64,000 nt of DNA from Podarcis pityusensis (taxonomy: Eukaryota), in assembly GCA_964106645.2 (NCBI GenBank), contig OZ067043.1, one strand, 5' to 3'. Numbering within the stretch: the stretch's first letter is position 1; each line of letters starts with the position of its first letter. Position numbers and translations under genes: made by a program. Under the pieces are notes generated by a model that saw only the letters and a program-made list of their open reading frames with translations, ran no database searches and was not told where the DNA came from. Below are positions 26,801-40,861 of the stretch, one piece after another.

Positions 26801-29800
26801 ATCCACCAGGAATGATATGTTATGCTTAAGTAACTGAGGTGCAATACTGTTATTCGGACCAATAGAAATTATTGATTGGTCCTCATAAGGAAACATTCAC
26901 AGAGATATGGCATGTGAGGAGAATGTCCCAATCTGCACTTTGTAAAATGGAGAGGAGAAGGTGTTCTGCAGACTTGGGGGCCAAACTAGATGTGACCCCT
27001 GAGGCGTGTGAATGCATCTCTGTTGCTTTACTTCCCCCTCTGCCCTAAAATAACAGCCATGCCTCTCTCTTTAGCATCAGAAATCCCTTGTTCTATTTCC
27101 CCTCAATCCAGAGCCCTCCTACATTTCCATAACCAGACCAGGCTTCTGCTCCAACCCTCCTAAATCCACGAGCTGTTTGCTTTTTCCGTATGGGAACTGG
27201 TTGTGAAGGATGACCGCGGGAGGCCATTCCGGTTCCCACTCTCTCCTTGCGGGAAAAGGTGGCACTCATAAGAATCTTCCCTGCTAGCTTTAGGTATTTT
27301 CTGATTTGTATTTTCTGGAGCACTGAGGCCTAAGTGCAGGTGGGAGAGAATGGGAACCTGTGTCCCCCCACCCCACCCCAAGGTGTCCAGGGATTGAAGG
27401 CTGACCCAGCAGGACTAAGCATCATTGAACTATGTACCTGTCGATTGGTAAAGGGCACTGGAGAAGGGCACTGCATACTTCTGCCATGTAGGTATGAGCC
27501 AGCTGGGCCAGGACCCCCATCATTATTTGCCTGTCCTGGTACTGGTAAATGGAACCAAGCTGCTGGTAGATCTTATCCACAATTTCCGGCACCTTGAAGG
27601 AAACAAGCATGCTTCAGTTAAGTGCCCTGCTAGAGGGAAGCAGCGCTGGGGCAGGGACCACACCACAAGGTACAAACCAGAGCCCTCAAAGAGCAGAAAA
27701 CAAACATACATTTAAAATATGTCACCCAAAGCATCCTGGGAACTGTAGCTTTGTCAGGGGTAAACTGCAGTTCCCAGGAATATTTGAGGGAAGCCATGTG
27801 CTTTAAATGTGTGGTATGGATTCGACCCCCTGTTTTCATGGCCAAGCAACAAATCATTAAGATATTTATTATTTAAGATTATTTAAGGTATTTAAGATAT
27901 TTATTATTGTTGCACTTTAACTGCTAGGGAGGGGGAGAAGTGCCTGTGGGATTTTCTGTCTCAAGTGCCAAAATAATGTGACTGGACTTAGGCTGGGGAG
28001 GCTATTTGCTCAGTCAGCAAAACATCTGAGGCTGGTCCTGGAGGTGAGAAGGCACAACGATCCCCTGCTCTGGTCATTTGGGTTCTCCCAAAGATTGGTA
28101 GAAGTTGGATGGCCATCTGTCATGGATGCTTCAGCTGAGATTCCTGCATTGCGGGGTGTTGGACTTGATGACCCTCGGGGTCCCTTCCCAGTCTGCAATT
28201 CTATGGTACAGGGAGCAAGCGTCAGCTGATCAATAATTAGGCACTGACACAGGAAAACATCCTGTGAGCACTGACAGAGCCTTGCCAAGACCTTCACCAC
28301 AGATAAACTGTAAATGGGTTTTACGGTTTATCTCAGGGTATAAAATGGTACTGGTGCCTCTCAAGAAGCCGCCTCTGTCACTGCTGGGGTCTCTGCCGGC
28401 TCCAAACATCTCCTACCTGCCCATGTAACCTGTGCATGTATCGCTGCAGGATGACAGATGTGATGTCACGTGATGCCGCAGTGGTGCTCCTATTGGCTTC
28501 CTTTAGGCAGTCTATAGCGGTCAACAAAAGCTCTGTGATCTGTAGTGCTGTGAGGTACGGCAGAAATTCCTAAGAGAGGAGACACAGAGCAGCACTTTGT
28601 GGTAGGGGAAGCAGCTGAGAGGACAACAGCAAGGCAAGCTCAATTGGCAGGGCTTCCTTGTTCTAAGAGACCTTTGCAGGAAGGAATTAAGGGTTCTGTG
28701 GAGGAGCCCGTTCCTCTGCCACTTCACTTGGAAGTTAAATTCAACCAGCTACTTTGCTCCCAAGTAAAGGTGTACAGATTCAAAACCTGATGTTCTCAGC
28801 TTTTTATCTTACGGAGGAAACCAGACTAGTTCTTCTAGCTCAGGACTGTCTTCACTGGCGGGTAGTAAGTCTCCTGGGTTCCAGGCAAAGGACGTTCACA
28901 GCCCGGCCTGGAAATCCCATGGATTGAACCTGAGACCTTTCTTACCCAATGCACGTGCTCTCCCACTGCTCTTACAGCCCTTCTGCAAGTTTTATATCAG
29001 AAAACTGAAAATGGGGGCGATCCCATGCATGCAAGCTCAGAAGTGCCACAGAGTTCAATGGGTCTTTCTCCTCTCAAGGAAGTGCACGCAGAATTGCAGC
29101 ACTGTTGACCTATGATCTGAAAGTGGAAATCTTTGCCTCAAAACACACTACAAAGATGTAGTAATAATTATGGTTCTGCCCCTACCTTACACCCTATCAG
29201 GACTAAGTTACGATGGCCTCTGCAGTTTGCATATCCTCTGCATTGCATCATATCCAGCACTGAACAATTACCTGAATAATATGGGTGATATTTTGATGAG
29301 ACATAGTAGGGTCATAGGAACCCAGAATCTCTTCATACAGTTGGATCTCTTCTGCTTCCAGGGAGTTACTTTTGTTTTCGAAGCCTAACGAGAAAAAGAG
29401 TGACTTTAAAGTTTCTCCAAGCGGAGAGTTTGCTCTCAGGTTGCTGTGTGGGTGTCTGGAGTTTGGAAAAAAGGGAGAGAAGGAGCCAGAATGGCTGGCT
29501 AATGACACATAATGGCCAGGGGCCAAACTGTTCCAGCCACATCTTTTGTTAGGGAAATTGCAGGAAAATGGCACAGAATGGCCAACAAACACTTTGGCAC
29601 TCACCCACAGCTAAGGTGGGTCTTGGGTTCAGTGTATGACAGCAACAACAGAAGTGTGTTTTGGAACAGGAAAGGAAGGCAGAAAAGACACAGACTGCTC
29701 CCAGGAAGCCACTATTTTGCAGGTGAGAATAAATTGCATGCCAACTAGTTAAAGTTGTGAAGGTTGTTTATTTAGATGATAGGCATACTGCTCATTGTAC

Positions 29801-32800
29801 AAGCCACAGCACAGTTAAGTAACTAGAACAAAATAAGCTGTTTGCCTCCTCCAATGCTCCACTTGAACGTTTGCAAATAAAGCAAATATTACAGAAATGG
29901 CATATATCTCTCATCGTCTCTTCTCCAAAAGGAAGCCAAACCCTGGATAGCATTGCCCCTGGAACCTGGAGATGTGGGGATGCATAACAATAACCTGGCT
30001 CGGCCTGCCCCATTCCAAAATCCTCATTAATTCTCAAATTAGCTCTGGAAACTGCAGAGCGGGTATCCTGCTGCAACTGAGATGTGACCACCCATGATTT
30101 GGCACTGAGCTATAGATCAAGAATATCTTCTCCACCAGGGACCTCTCTCAAAGTCCCACTTTGTAGCTACATTAGGCAGGATCTTCTCCAGCTTCTGCAC
30201 AGTGAGGACTACAGGGGTTGTCAGCACAAAATCCAATGCACTATGGCAGAGACAAAAGGAGCATCAAGGGCAAACAGACCAGTGTCTGCAGAACAGCTAA
30301 CTAAATAAAAGCACTCTTTGCTGTTGCACAAAATGGGCATGTCTCTCCAGATTTTTGGAATCCCCTAACAATGATGCAATGCATCAAATTAATAGTCTCT
30401 GCTGTGGATCTTTCCAGAATTCCAGAATACTTCTTTCCACATGAAATAATAGAAAGTTGTTTTGAAAACTTTAAGTTGGTTTTAAGTTGGTGTGCGATTA
30501 TTCAGCTGCAAAGCTGAAGGAAAGCACACACTGGCTTCTGATACCATTGAGAGGCTGCACCTCCTGCCTCACAACAAGAACATTGCAGCAATGTGAAGAC
30601 CAATCTGGCTCCACCCATTGGCTAGTGAAGGTTCCTTCTCCCTCCCCATTCCTTATGTCTAATAGATTGCAAACTTGTGGTCAGAGACAATCTTGCCTTT
30701 TGATATATGTGCAGTGCTTAGAAAATAGGCACCTTATAATAACAGTATTCCTGTAGTTATTTGTCTGCATGTGTGTGCAGGTGTTTTGTCTTTTGCTAAT
30801 GTGGAGGCCTGGAGTTTCTAAGCACCCGTTTTTTCTTCTGTGAAATGGGTATTATGTGGTGCCAACAACAGTTGATTCTTCTTCTTTATTAAATTTATTA
30901 AACACCTTCTCTCACTGCAGGGAACTCAAGGCGTCTTGACAAAAAAAAAAATATTTCCAAATGTGCCCTTGGGCCAAAAAAGAAGAAGAAGAGAGAAAAT
31001 CGGGGATTCCTGATATAATGCAATACTGCCTTTTCAGTACTGGCCCCAACTTGGTGGAACGCTCTGTCACAAGATACTAGGGCCCTGCGGGACTTGACAT
31101 CTTTCCGCAAGGCCTGCAAGACAGAGCTGTTCCGCCTGGCCTTTGGTTTGGACTCAGTCTGACCTTTATGTTTCCTTCTCCTTATGGTCTTGATTTATTG
31201 GCTACTTTAAAATGAGGCTGCATTTTAACCTGTATTTTAAATTGCCCCCCCCCCATTATGTTTTTACTGTGATTTTATTGTGTGTTAGCCGCCCTGAGCG
31301 TGGCTCTGGCCGGGGAGGGCGGGGTATAAATAAAATTAATTTATTATTATTATTATTACCCAGATATAATAAAATACAGGACATAAGAAGAGTCAAGGGC
31401 AACAAGTCAATGGCTGCCAAATAAAGTACAGTCTACTACTTCTATATAGATGCACAGTTTGGATACTGGAGTTATCACAGCTCCTATCTTACCCTTTTGG
31501 CGCAGCATAAGGGAGTACAGGAAATACATGCCTTCCATAGCCTGTTCACCAATTTCCTCTTGGGGGTCATTGAGACGCAGACACAGCTGACCAATCAGAC
31601 GCCCAAGCTTAGGACATCCATCAGGTGACACCTGAATGGAGAAATTGAGAGTGCTGTCTTTTGACACTGCGGGGAAGAGAAGGAATCTTTGTGGTTCTTG
31701 AATGAAAAAAGTTCCCCAGTTTGGATGAACTGATGTTTGGAATTACATTGTCTTTTCCTGATGAGCCTTGTACCCTGTTCAGGCTATTCTCCTCGCACAA
31801 GGAGAGGGAAACAGGGCCATGCTAGCTGCCTCTACTGGCTCCACCATGCCTCCAACAGCCAGCTCTGCCACCCCTCCACACACAGGAAGGCAAACAACTG
31901 CAGCAGGAAGTCTGCTGCACTCTTAATGAGAACAAGCCTTGCATGATCAGGGGGTTCTGAGTCATGAGGGAAGCCTCCACAGAGACAATAGGCTTTGTGC
32001 GGCAGACACTGCAGAGTGCCAGTGTGTTGTTGTGGTTAGAGTGTTGGACTAAGAACTGGGAGACCTGGGATCTAGTCCCCATTTGACCACAAGGCTTGAT
32101 CTTGCTTCTGAGCCTAACCTACCTCACAGGACAAAATGGAGGGGGGGGGGGAACTATGTACACCAACTGAAGTTCCTTACAGAAAAGGTGGGATATAAAT
32201 GTAATAATAATTTTATTTATCTGATTCCATTTATGAATCAATTCACATAAATATATCCAAGCAGCTTCACAGTAAAAACCACAAACACTTAAAAACAATA
32301 GATAAAAGCAGTTTTAAAACCATTTCAAATCCGATTCAGATAGAACTGGGGTACAGACCTCCACTTAAAAAGGCTTGTTAAAGAAGAAAGGTCTTCCACA
32401 GGTCCCTGTGTGATATCTAGTGGAAGGGAGTTCCAGGGGCTGGGTGCCACCAAACTCAGGGCCCAATTCCTATATCATGTGGAATGGACTTCCTGGTGAG
32501 AAGGCATGTGCAGAAGGCTCTCTCCCTGTATATATAGAGGGCGAGATGATCTTTTAGATCATCTGGTCCCAAGTTGTACAGCTGTCTATGGTCTTACTTT
32601 TGCCCTTCCATGTTGCATAGGGGTGGCAAGGCTGGGCAATGGGGATGTGACGGAAGTGCTGGCTAGCTCTCTCACAGTTATCCTAATTGTGTGGGGCAGA
32701 ATACCTTCACAGGGTTTAGATTCATACCCATTATCAGTTTGTAGCAGCAATACTGTGAAAAGGCTATGGCTCATGGCTGTAGCATGGTTTTTGCAGGATA

Positions 32801-35800
32801 TAAGGGATTCAAGTTATAATAGGCCAGTTTTGTCTCTAATAGACCATTTGGATATTAGAAAATGTCTTGTTCATTTGCTTCTGGCCATCCCAGACTCTAG
32901 TCACTAATTCCCCACCCCCTTTTTCAGTAGAAGAATAGTGATGCAGAAATAAAGCACCAGATTCCAGTGAGTACCAGTCCCTAAACTTGCTAGCACAGTC
33001 AAGAGAAGAGACATAGGGTTGCTCTTTTGTTTGGTGTGTGCATCCCTTGAACCCATCCTAGGCCCCTCTAACCTTTTCACAGTCTCTATCCACTCACTTC
33101 AGAGCACAAGAGGAATGCAATATTCACACTACAGAGCCATTCACATCTATCTACCTCCATTTTCTGTCTTAAACATTTGCAGGTCTCACAAGACCCATTG
33201 CCCAGTCGCCTCAAGCCAGAGGGCAGAACTCACATGAAACGTGGGGCAGGTGGCTGCAAATTTTAACAGGGATACATAGGTGTTCGCTGCTCTTGCCCGC
33301 TCATGTGCTTGTCCTGATATCATCCAGGGCATCAAATGCTGTAAGGGTAGTGGGAGCAAACTGTTAGCAACTGTATAAGAAGAGAAAGTGCATACTATTG
33401 TAATTCTTCAAAGTCATGCTTTTGTCTTTCAGAAAGGAACCCAGGAAGCTGCCTTATTCCAAGTCCAGCCATCATTTCATTAAGCTCGCTATTGGCTACG
33501 CTAGGGTTTCCCAAACTTGTGTCGCCAGCTGTTTTTGGACTACAACTCCCATCATCCATAGGTAGCAAGACTAGTGGTCAGGGATGATGGGAACTGTAGT
33601 CCAAAACAGCCGGAGACCCAAGTTTCGGAAAACCTGGGTGGGGAACTTCAGGCATGGACCCTTCAGGTTGCTCTCTCAAAGCTGTCAAAACCTCACAGAG
33701 AGGAAGTAAGCTAGGTTACTTCCTCCCTCATTTCCCCCCCCGACCCTGACACTTTTCCTGGTTTCCAAAGATTAAAGAACATGGGGAAAGGGCACTTCCT
33801 GTGTTACTTCCCAATGTCAAGGAAATTGAAATTCCACTTTGGGTGCTTTCCTTCCGGTCTTTAAAGTTCTGAATAATGTCATGCTAAGTACTGTCAACAA
33901 TCTTATGGCTTGCTGTCTGGCCTCTTATTCCCGTTGTTGTAACTCTCCCTGACCAAACTGAAAGGAGCCATTCTGAGTGGAAATCTTTGAAAATTAATTT
34001 TAACACCCCCTAAGAAAAACAAAAAACCCACAAGTAGATTTCGGTGAATGAGGCACTTCTATGCTCCATGAGCAGCAAATGCCATTTCAACCAAAGATCT
34101 GTCTGAGAGAGCGTGGTGTGGCAATCACACTGTTTGACTATAACAGGGCACAAACTGGTTCAAATCTCTACTCAGCCATGAACCTTATTGGGTGATCTTG
34201 GGCCAGTGAGTATCTCTCATTCCACGATGACTCACATGGTTGTTGTGAGGATTGTATTGGCACGAGGAGAACCATATACACCAAGAAAGAAAAGAAAAGA
34301 AAGACTACTTCATGAACCTAGCTATAGGGCATATTCTCATCACTTGTGATTCTTTGAGCCACAAATAGATAACAGGAGCTTACTTCTAAGAGTGTGGCCA
34401 GTTCATCTATGTTTGGTCTTTCTGCCAATAAGCTTTTCAGCATTGATTCTATAGCCTCTAAGGTCTGCTTGTACAATGCCTGAGAAGGAAAAAAAATGTT
34501 GCATAATATATTACTATAACATTGCAGGTGCAACACCTGCGGGAGAGGAAAAGGCTAAAGAGTAAACTCTACACAAATCTGGAGTGGAGTCCCTAAGATG
34601 GTTGGGTGGCACCTTGTACGCCTGTTTCCAGCAACTCCTGCAGCCAAGCTTGTGCCAAATGTATTGCTCTGCTTTCCTTTGGACCACTGCAAAAGCAACA
34701 CGGGAGGCAGCAGTTACAAGTTACCAGTCTCTGTAGCCATAGCTGTGATTCTCCAGCAGTTTGACTTCACCCCTGGAGGTGCACTCCATTGTCTCTCAAG
34801 ACAGCTGGATGCCAACAGTGTCCATGAACTGACATAACTAATAAAGCTGTGATTCAAAAGTGAGTGTAACTCTCCCCCATAAGCCCTATTACAGTGCATA
34901 GGGGTTGCCTAACAGTGAACAACATGCTCAGTGTATTTCGTCCTACTTTTGCCCAAGGATGGGTTAAGATGGTTGGGGGCCCTGGTGCAGTTCCCAAAAT
35001 AGGGTCCCCTTCTTCCTAAAAAAAGGAATGCATGAAGTAAGGTCCCACAGATAAGTTTTGTGATATCTTAAAGATTAACATGTTTATAATGGCATTAGCT
35101 TTCTTGAACTACACGCAAAAACCCTCTTTCACACTCTCAGCAAACTGCAGGCAATTTTTTTTTCTTTTTTGTGAACCTTGATAAACAAAAACTCATTGTT
35201 TTTGCTCACTTCCTGCCCTGGGCCGGTCACCAACCCAGCTTCACCTAGCTCACATGGTCATCGTGAACATATAGGAGGTACAAAATGGCTTCAAAAGGGA
35301 ACTTAGGGCTTGTTATCATCAACATCAAATTTGGGTTCCTTTAACCAGACTGATGTATCTTTGTTCCACACAGGGTCATGTTTTTGCCGCCCCCTTCCCC
35401 AAATCAGTACAGTTCTTTCTCTTTTCTTTTTAAACCGTATAGATTCAAACAGCAAGATGTTCTTATTCGGGCACATACCGTACCCTCTCCATAAGCAGTA
35501 AATTGGTCGTGAGAAATCTTATGCCCCCCCAGACTGGACGCAAAATCTCACCAGCCCCAGCTAGAATAGCCAAAGGCAAGGAATGATAGGAGCTACAACC
35601 CAGCAAGAGACATCTGGAGGGACACAGTTCCCCCCCACACCTGCAACAAAGTGAGAAAATACCTGTACGTCAACTTCTTCTTTGCTCTGACTTTGTAAAG
35701 TGTCAATTGAGGGCAAGGCAAAGACGCTGGCAATGCAAGTGCTGAGCAGCTTCTCTTTAGGCCAATGAGAAGGCTCCACTTGGCTGAGGAATGGCGGTCG

Positions 35801-36454
35801 GGGGAGAAGAAACAGAGCATTCAATGTACGTTACGATTCTTCCTTACGGAAATGAAGCTTAACACAGAAAAAGTTCAGAGTACCGAGGAAAGAAAATAAA
35901 CCATGTCTGAGCTGTGTAGTGCCTACTGGAATGGGCAGGCTACAAAGGGGTAGCCACTGACCAGAATCTGGTGTGAGTATGCCTGCCTTGAGCCCATGGC
36001 TCTGACTGGAATTCAGAACTACCAGGGTCAAGATCAGAGGACTCCATGCTCACCAATGTAGGTCATGTGATTCGTCAGTAGCGCAATAAAGCAAGACAAT
36101 CCCTTCCATATCAACGGAGCTGAGACAGGTTTGGCTTTTCTGTGTAGTTTGTTTCAAATAATTCCACAGATACAGATGATGATGATGATAATAATAATAA
36201 TAATAATAATAATATTCTTTATACCCCACCCATCTGGCTGGGTTACCCCAGCCTGAGGTAGTCTCTTCCTGATGGCATTATTCAACTCTATTCTTAGCAC
36301 TTTTCTTCTGAGCTTTGCTTCAACATTTGGGTCAGGGAGGATGTTGAGTTGTAGATCCGACATACCTTAGGTCCTGAATGAGAAGCATGCCCTGACAGCG
36401 CAAAGCTGTGGAGCGCGAGTCGATGCTGTCCAGAGGCAGATCTAAAATCTGTGC
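15683..36454 (-). CDS. Maestro heat-like repeat family protein (MROH7-like by synteny), at least 19 exons and 838 aa; 5' end not resolved
   Basis: Phase-consistent exons: 36454-36366, 35783-35663, 34479-34384, 33338-33234, 31631-31493, 29384-29272, 28569-28417, 27592-27438, 26487-26355, 25476-25313, 24082-23945, 23715-23601, 22749-22609, 21585-21421, 19871-19716, 18902-18780, 17991-17889, 17255-17193 and 15927-15683 (2517 nt, no internal stop). MROH/HEAT motifs include HLMPWMISGQAHERARA, LGRLIGQLCLRLNDP, YPRLLMALLVQVHY, GWELLTSCEDHHRGVGLIAR, VRASAICLFGKM, LVPLLLHLEEEDP and ALEGLMHDPDASV. It lies directly upstream of TTC4 on the same strand, as human MROH7 does. Candidate upstream exons: 37685-37571 (with a Kozak ATG), 38231-38134 and 42099-41936. 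Confidence 0.85.
20029..20270. mobile_element. Tc1/mariner (Tigger-like) MITE, intact
   Basis: Perfect 18-bp TIRs cagtggtacctcaggtta / taacctgaggtaccactg with TA TSD. Confidence 0.9.
20296..20510 (+). repeat. Dispersed repeat fragment (unclassified SINE/LINE), second copy at about 34532-34820
   Basis: Shared gtgccaaatgtattgctctg...tttgacttcaccc..ggaggtgcactccattgtctctc...gatgcca; both copies give WSAPPGVKSN in the ORF track. Confidence 0.6.
21618..21851. mobile_element. Degenerate Tc1/mariner-type MITE
   Basis: cagtcaaaccttggttcttgaacg ... cgttcgaaaactgaagtttcattg-TA; related to the 24325 copy. Confidence 0.6.
23814..23912 (-). repeat. (AAT)n microsatellite forming the tail of a short L2-type 3' end
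   Basis: (AAT)n at 23814-23855 is followed by tttatatcccgccctccccagcc...ggctcagggcggctaaca, the reverse complement of the L2 3' end at 31290-31335. Confidence 0.7.
24325..24575. mobile_element. Tc1/mariner-type MITE
   Basis: TIRs cagttgtaccttggttctcgaacg / cgttcgagaaccaaggtatgactg with TA TSD. Confidence 0.8.
31020..31357 (+). mobile_element. L2 LINE 3' fragment
   Basis: Encodes the L2 ORF2 C-terminal signature AFSVLAPTWWNALSQDTRALRDLTSFRKACKTELFRLAF, followed by a 3' UTR ending cgccctgagc...gggcggggtataaataaa and (TTA)n. gatataat occurs near both ends (possible TSD). Confidence 0.8.
34532..34820 (+). repeat. Dispersed repeat fragment, same family as 20296-20510
   Basis: Shared sequence blocks with 20296-20510. 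Confidence 0.55.
36175..36212. repeat. Compound (GAT)n(AAT)n microsatellite
   Basis: gatgatgatgatgataataataat... Confidence 0.85.
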
Positions 36455-36928
36455 CTGTGAAAGAGCAGCAGCAAATTCTGTGAGGAAAAACTCTTCACGT
36501 GTCTGCTCTGTTCACCAAAGTTGCTGCTACAGCTGCACTAATGTGTGATTCCCCCCCCCCTGCACTGGTCAAACACTTACACCAATTGTACAAGCTATTA
36601 AATACACAAATAAAGGATGTGCATTGCATCTGACTCACCATTGTTTGCTCCACCAGCTGCAATTTCTGATTCCCATGCCGATAGTTTTGATTACCGTTCC
36701 CACTCATTTTTGAATCGAATTCCTGTGAATGCATATGAGACTAGCAAGAAAAGGGTGGAAGATTTTAATAGCATTTTCACATATGACCGTATTTGTTCAG
36801 AACCAGTTTCCAGAGCCAGTTGCATCATAACATGTGAAAGGAGGGCAATAGAATGCTGAATGGCATTAGACATTCTGCTGATTGCCCGGTATTCTCTGCT
36901 TTAACACAGAAAACACGCATGTAAACAT

Positions 36929-37300
36929 AAAGGACCCCTGGACGGTTAAGTCCAGTCAAAGGTGACTATGAAGTTGCGGCGCTCATCTCGCTTTCAGGCT
37001 GAGAGAGCTGGCATTTGCCCACAGACAGTTTTCCGGGTCGTGTGGTCAGCATGACTAAACTACTTCTGGTGCAACGGAACACCATGACAGAAGCCAGAGT
37101 GCATGGAAATGCTGTTTACCTTCACGCTGCAGCGGTACCTATTTATCTACTTGCACTGGCATGCTTTTGAACTGCTAGGTTGGCAGGAGCTGGGACTGAG
37201 CAACAGGAGCTCCCTCCCTCATGGGGATTCAAACCACCAAGCTTCCGATCAGCAGCCCAAGAGGCTCAGTGGTTTAGACCACAGCGCCACCCGTGTCCCC
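36929..37300 (-). mobile_element. Sauria SINE
   Basis: Reverse complement of the 14990 element (gcggcgctcatctcgcttt...gcggtacctatttatctacttgcac...gaccacagcgccacccgtgtccc). Confidence 0.85.
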
Positions 37301-37312
37301 ATCCAGCCAGTA

Positions 37313-37543
37313 CAGTGGGACCTTGGGTTACATATGCTTCACGTTACAGACTCCGCTAACCCAGAAATAATACCTCAGGTTAAGAACTTTGCTTCAGGAT
37401 GAGAACAGAAATCGTGCGGTGGCGGTGCGGCAGCAGCGGGAGGCCCCATTAGCTAAAGTGGTGCTTCAGGTTAAGAACAGTTTCAGGTTAAGAACGGACC
37501 TCCAGAACGAATTATCGTAAGTACGTAACCAGAGATACCACTG
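37313..37543. mobile_element. Tc1/mariner (Tigger-like) MITE
   Basis: TA-cagtgggaccttgggttac ... gtaaccagagataccactg-TA; interior matches the 20029 copy. Confidence 0.82.
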
Positions 37544-40500
37544 TACTGGGATACAGGAAGGGAGCAATACCTTTCTCGTGGAAAGCTGTTTACTAAGACT
37601 TTGAACATAATAATCGGAAATCAGTACCATCTCTGCTTTTTCTATTTCCTTCACTCACAATCAGTTCACTTTCCCTTAGTCTTCCCTGAACAATGTGCAA
37701 GAAAGTAATCCCTATGATTATACAAGGGCCAGGTCGTCTGAATGGGAAAAGGAAGACTAAGTTCTAAGAGGTCATGTCACCATAGTAGAAAAAAAAGAGG
37801 AATATTTTTATTTTGCAAGACTTTGAAGTCAGCAAATGATCTATGAGCTAACATGGAGGGTGAGTCCGTGACTGGGATGGGCCCATGAGAAGAGGGACCC
37901 TCATTATACTGGTATAGTCTGATCTCCTCCGTTAGCACCTTACCCCAAATTGAAATTATCTATTATTCAATAAAGCTTTATGCCTTCCAAGGTTGAGCTC
38001 TTGCACTGAAATATGTTCTGAAGCTATCTAATATTAAGGTTCAGGTATATGCAGAATATTGCAGATGTGTTGAAAGGAAAGTGCAGGGAAGGGCAATGTT
38101 AGAGTTAGCAGAGTATTAGGAACAGATTCCTACCATTTTATCACGGTCATCAGAGGCTAGCGGTGTTTCCTTTTCCTTTCCTTTTGCGTCATACAGCATC
38201 ATTCCATAGGCATTGCTGGAGGTTACTGAAGCTGTTACAAAAAAAAAAGTAAATGGAACTGAGGTTGCAGTTGGAACAAAAATGTCTCCTGGTACTGTTA
38301 CTCTAACACAGGGGTGGATAACCTTTGACCTCCCAGATGTTGCTGCCATCATCCTTGGTCATTGGCCCTGCTTGCTAGAGCTGGGAGTTGTAGTTCAGCA
38401 ACATCTTGAGGGCCAAAGGGTTCCCACCCCTGCTGTTGGGATGTGTGACAATAAGCCGAGGTTTGCTCAGACTTGTGCAAAAATCTCCTTCCTCCAAACA
38501 CGACTCTTTTGTTCATTTCTAATCTCGAGCCATTTATTTGGGACTCTTTCTTTGAAACTCAATGGTAGGTCATCAAGAAGTTAAAACATAGTTTCACGGT
38601 GCAAATTAAGACTTCCAGCTGAGGAAGGGTTCTATGCAAGTAGAAATCCTCCAACTGCAATCTTCATCTAACTTCATCTAACCATAGCAAGAGCTATGGG
38701 GTTTTGGTATCTACCTATCATCTACTTACTAACATTATTTCCATTCCACTTAATATATAAAAAATATCTCACTCACAGTTCTTTCTCCAGTCTCTGCCCC
38801 TTCTTCGGCAGTTGCTTTAGTAGACTGGTAAAAATCTAACTATCAAATTGCCAGTCTAATTTTGGTACAACGGCAAAATCAGAGCCGGAAAGGACAGATA
38901 ATATTTCTTTACTTCACACAGGCCCTGTCTGGTTTAAAGCTGTTTGGTCAAGTACTTAGGAAGTTACCTTATAATGAATCTGGCTATTGGTTCATCTAAC
39001 TCAGTACTTGATTACAATTTTTCACACAAGTGCCTGGTGGGCATCAGTGAGGAACCTGCTGTTTCAATATTGTGTAAGTTCTGCCTGGTGGTTTAAAGTA
39101 GTAACAGATGCATTGTTGCACCTGTTTTCTATTTTACCACATCATTTTAAAACTTGTTATCTCACTTTGGAATTGCCCGTGGCAATAAAAAGTAGGTAAG
39201 AAATTACTTAAATAAACTAAACCGAACTGGGTGATATCCAATGCGAGTAATCATCAGAGTAGATTCCACGGACTTGATTCCAGTGGGTCTACTCTGAGTG
39301 TCACTTAGCTGAGTATCATCCACTGACTTGCAGTGGCTTCCCAAGGTCTTTTGGATGTTACGGTTCCCTAAAGATAACCACCTAGAAGCATTAACAAGGC
39401 AACTAAGGTTCAAGCTTGTGCATTGTCAGATGCACATTGGGGAATGAGCTAAAAGATTCAGGTTTTAGTATTTATGCCTTATATATTGTACTTAGTTCTT
39501 CACTCTACATATTTACTCTCCAAACCCTAGAGGTTATTTGTCTTCACCTTCAGAAATTGTATCTGGCAGGCAGTTTTCCAACAGTAGGGGATTCTTGGAT
39601 AATTCTCTCTTTGTCGTCAGGGGGCACTGTTGAATTGTTTGGACTTCAGCTGACTCTTCATTCTCAGTTTTTTTTATTTCTTTTTCCATCTTTGGGATCA
39701 CAGGGAGTTTGTGTTTGTTTGTTTGTTAATTACCAGAAGAGCAACTGATTCTTCACCAGCTAGAAAAAGATTGATGGTATTGTCCTTCCCTTACTCATTC
39801 ACAAAGATCTATAGTAAGATCCATTTTGAAAATCCTGACTCATAGCTTGAATTCTCCAGACTTAGGCATTCCAGTCTTGAAGACCGATGTTCACGACATG
39901 AGCAGTGTTCCTGTATGAGGGTCAGGAATTTAGAATGTCAGTGATGCCTTACTGGTGAACTTCAAATATTTTGCCTTGCAGATTTTCGGCTGGCTTTGGT
40001 CCTCCTGCTGTTGCATTGCTGTGAGATGGCTTAAGCCATGCTTCAGTTTAGTGTCACTGGAATCTGGGCTCATAGTTTATCTTGCTCCAGACAAACTACA
40101 TCCCACAAATAAGGTTTGTCTCCAGTTTATAGCTCAAGGTTTTTCTGGAGGAAACAACTCACGAGCCCAAGCTCAGGCAACATGCTAAGCCAAAGCATGG
40201 CTTACTCACAGCAGGACTTGTGGATGAACAAAGTGGCCTCAATCTGGCAGCTTCCACACTCATGCATTCACATCAAACCATGGGTTGACTTACGTGTAAA
40301 CTAGGGCATATAGAGTTGTGGTGGAATCAAGCCTTCACATTGTGATTAGGGTTGAAGTCTGTCCAATACCCTATTAAAAACAAAGCAACTGTATTGGAGA
40401 GGACCCTAACTGCCAGACTCTCTTCTGAGCTGATCGGTAGAGAGTTCTGTGTACATACAGAAGTTATCAGGTTTTATAGAGATGGTGATGTTATTACAAC

Positions 40501-40861
40501 TTGATTAATTAGAGATCACAAGATATTAGCTGGGGGGGGGGGGAGGAAAACAGCATTGGTGGTCAAAAACCCTTCACCTTTTAAACTTTATGCTGACTTT
40601 ATGCTTGTTTTACACTCTAACCATGGAATTTAGATAGTAAATAGCTCAAGCCTACGCAGTCCAAGATCCTTGCAGAACCCAGACCTATACATTTTGGTTC
40701 CATAGGCAGCTCTTCTAGTTCCTTTAAGAGAAGGAAGTATAAAAGACAGTCTAGTGTCTTTGTAAAAAGAAAAGTTGACAACCAATTCAGATTTTGATAC
40801 GAAATGTTTGGAAAGCAGTAGTCAGCACTGGGAATGTGAAAACCAATATGCCTTGTGGTTG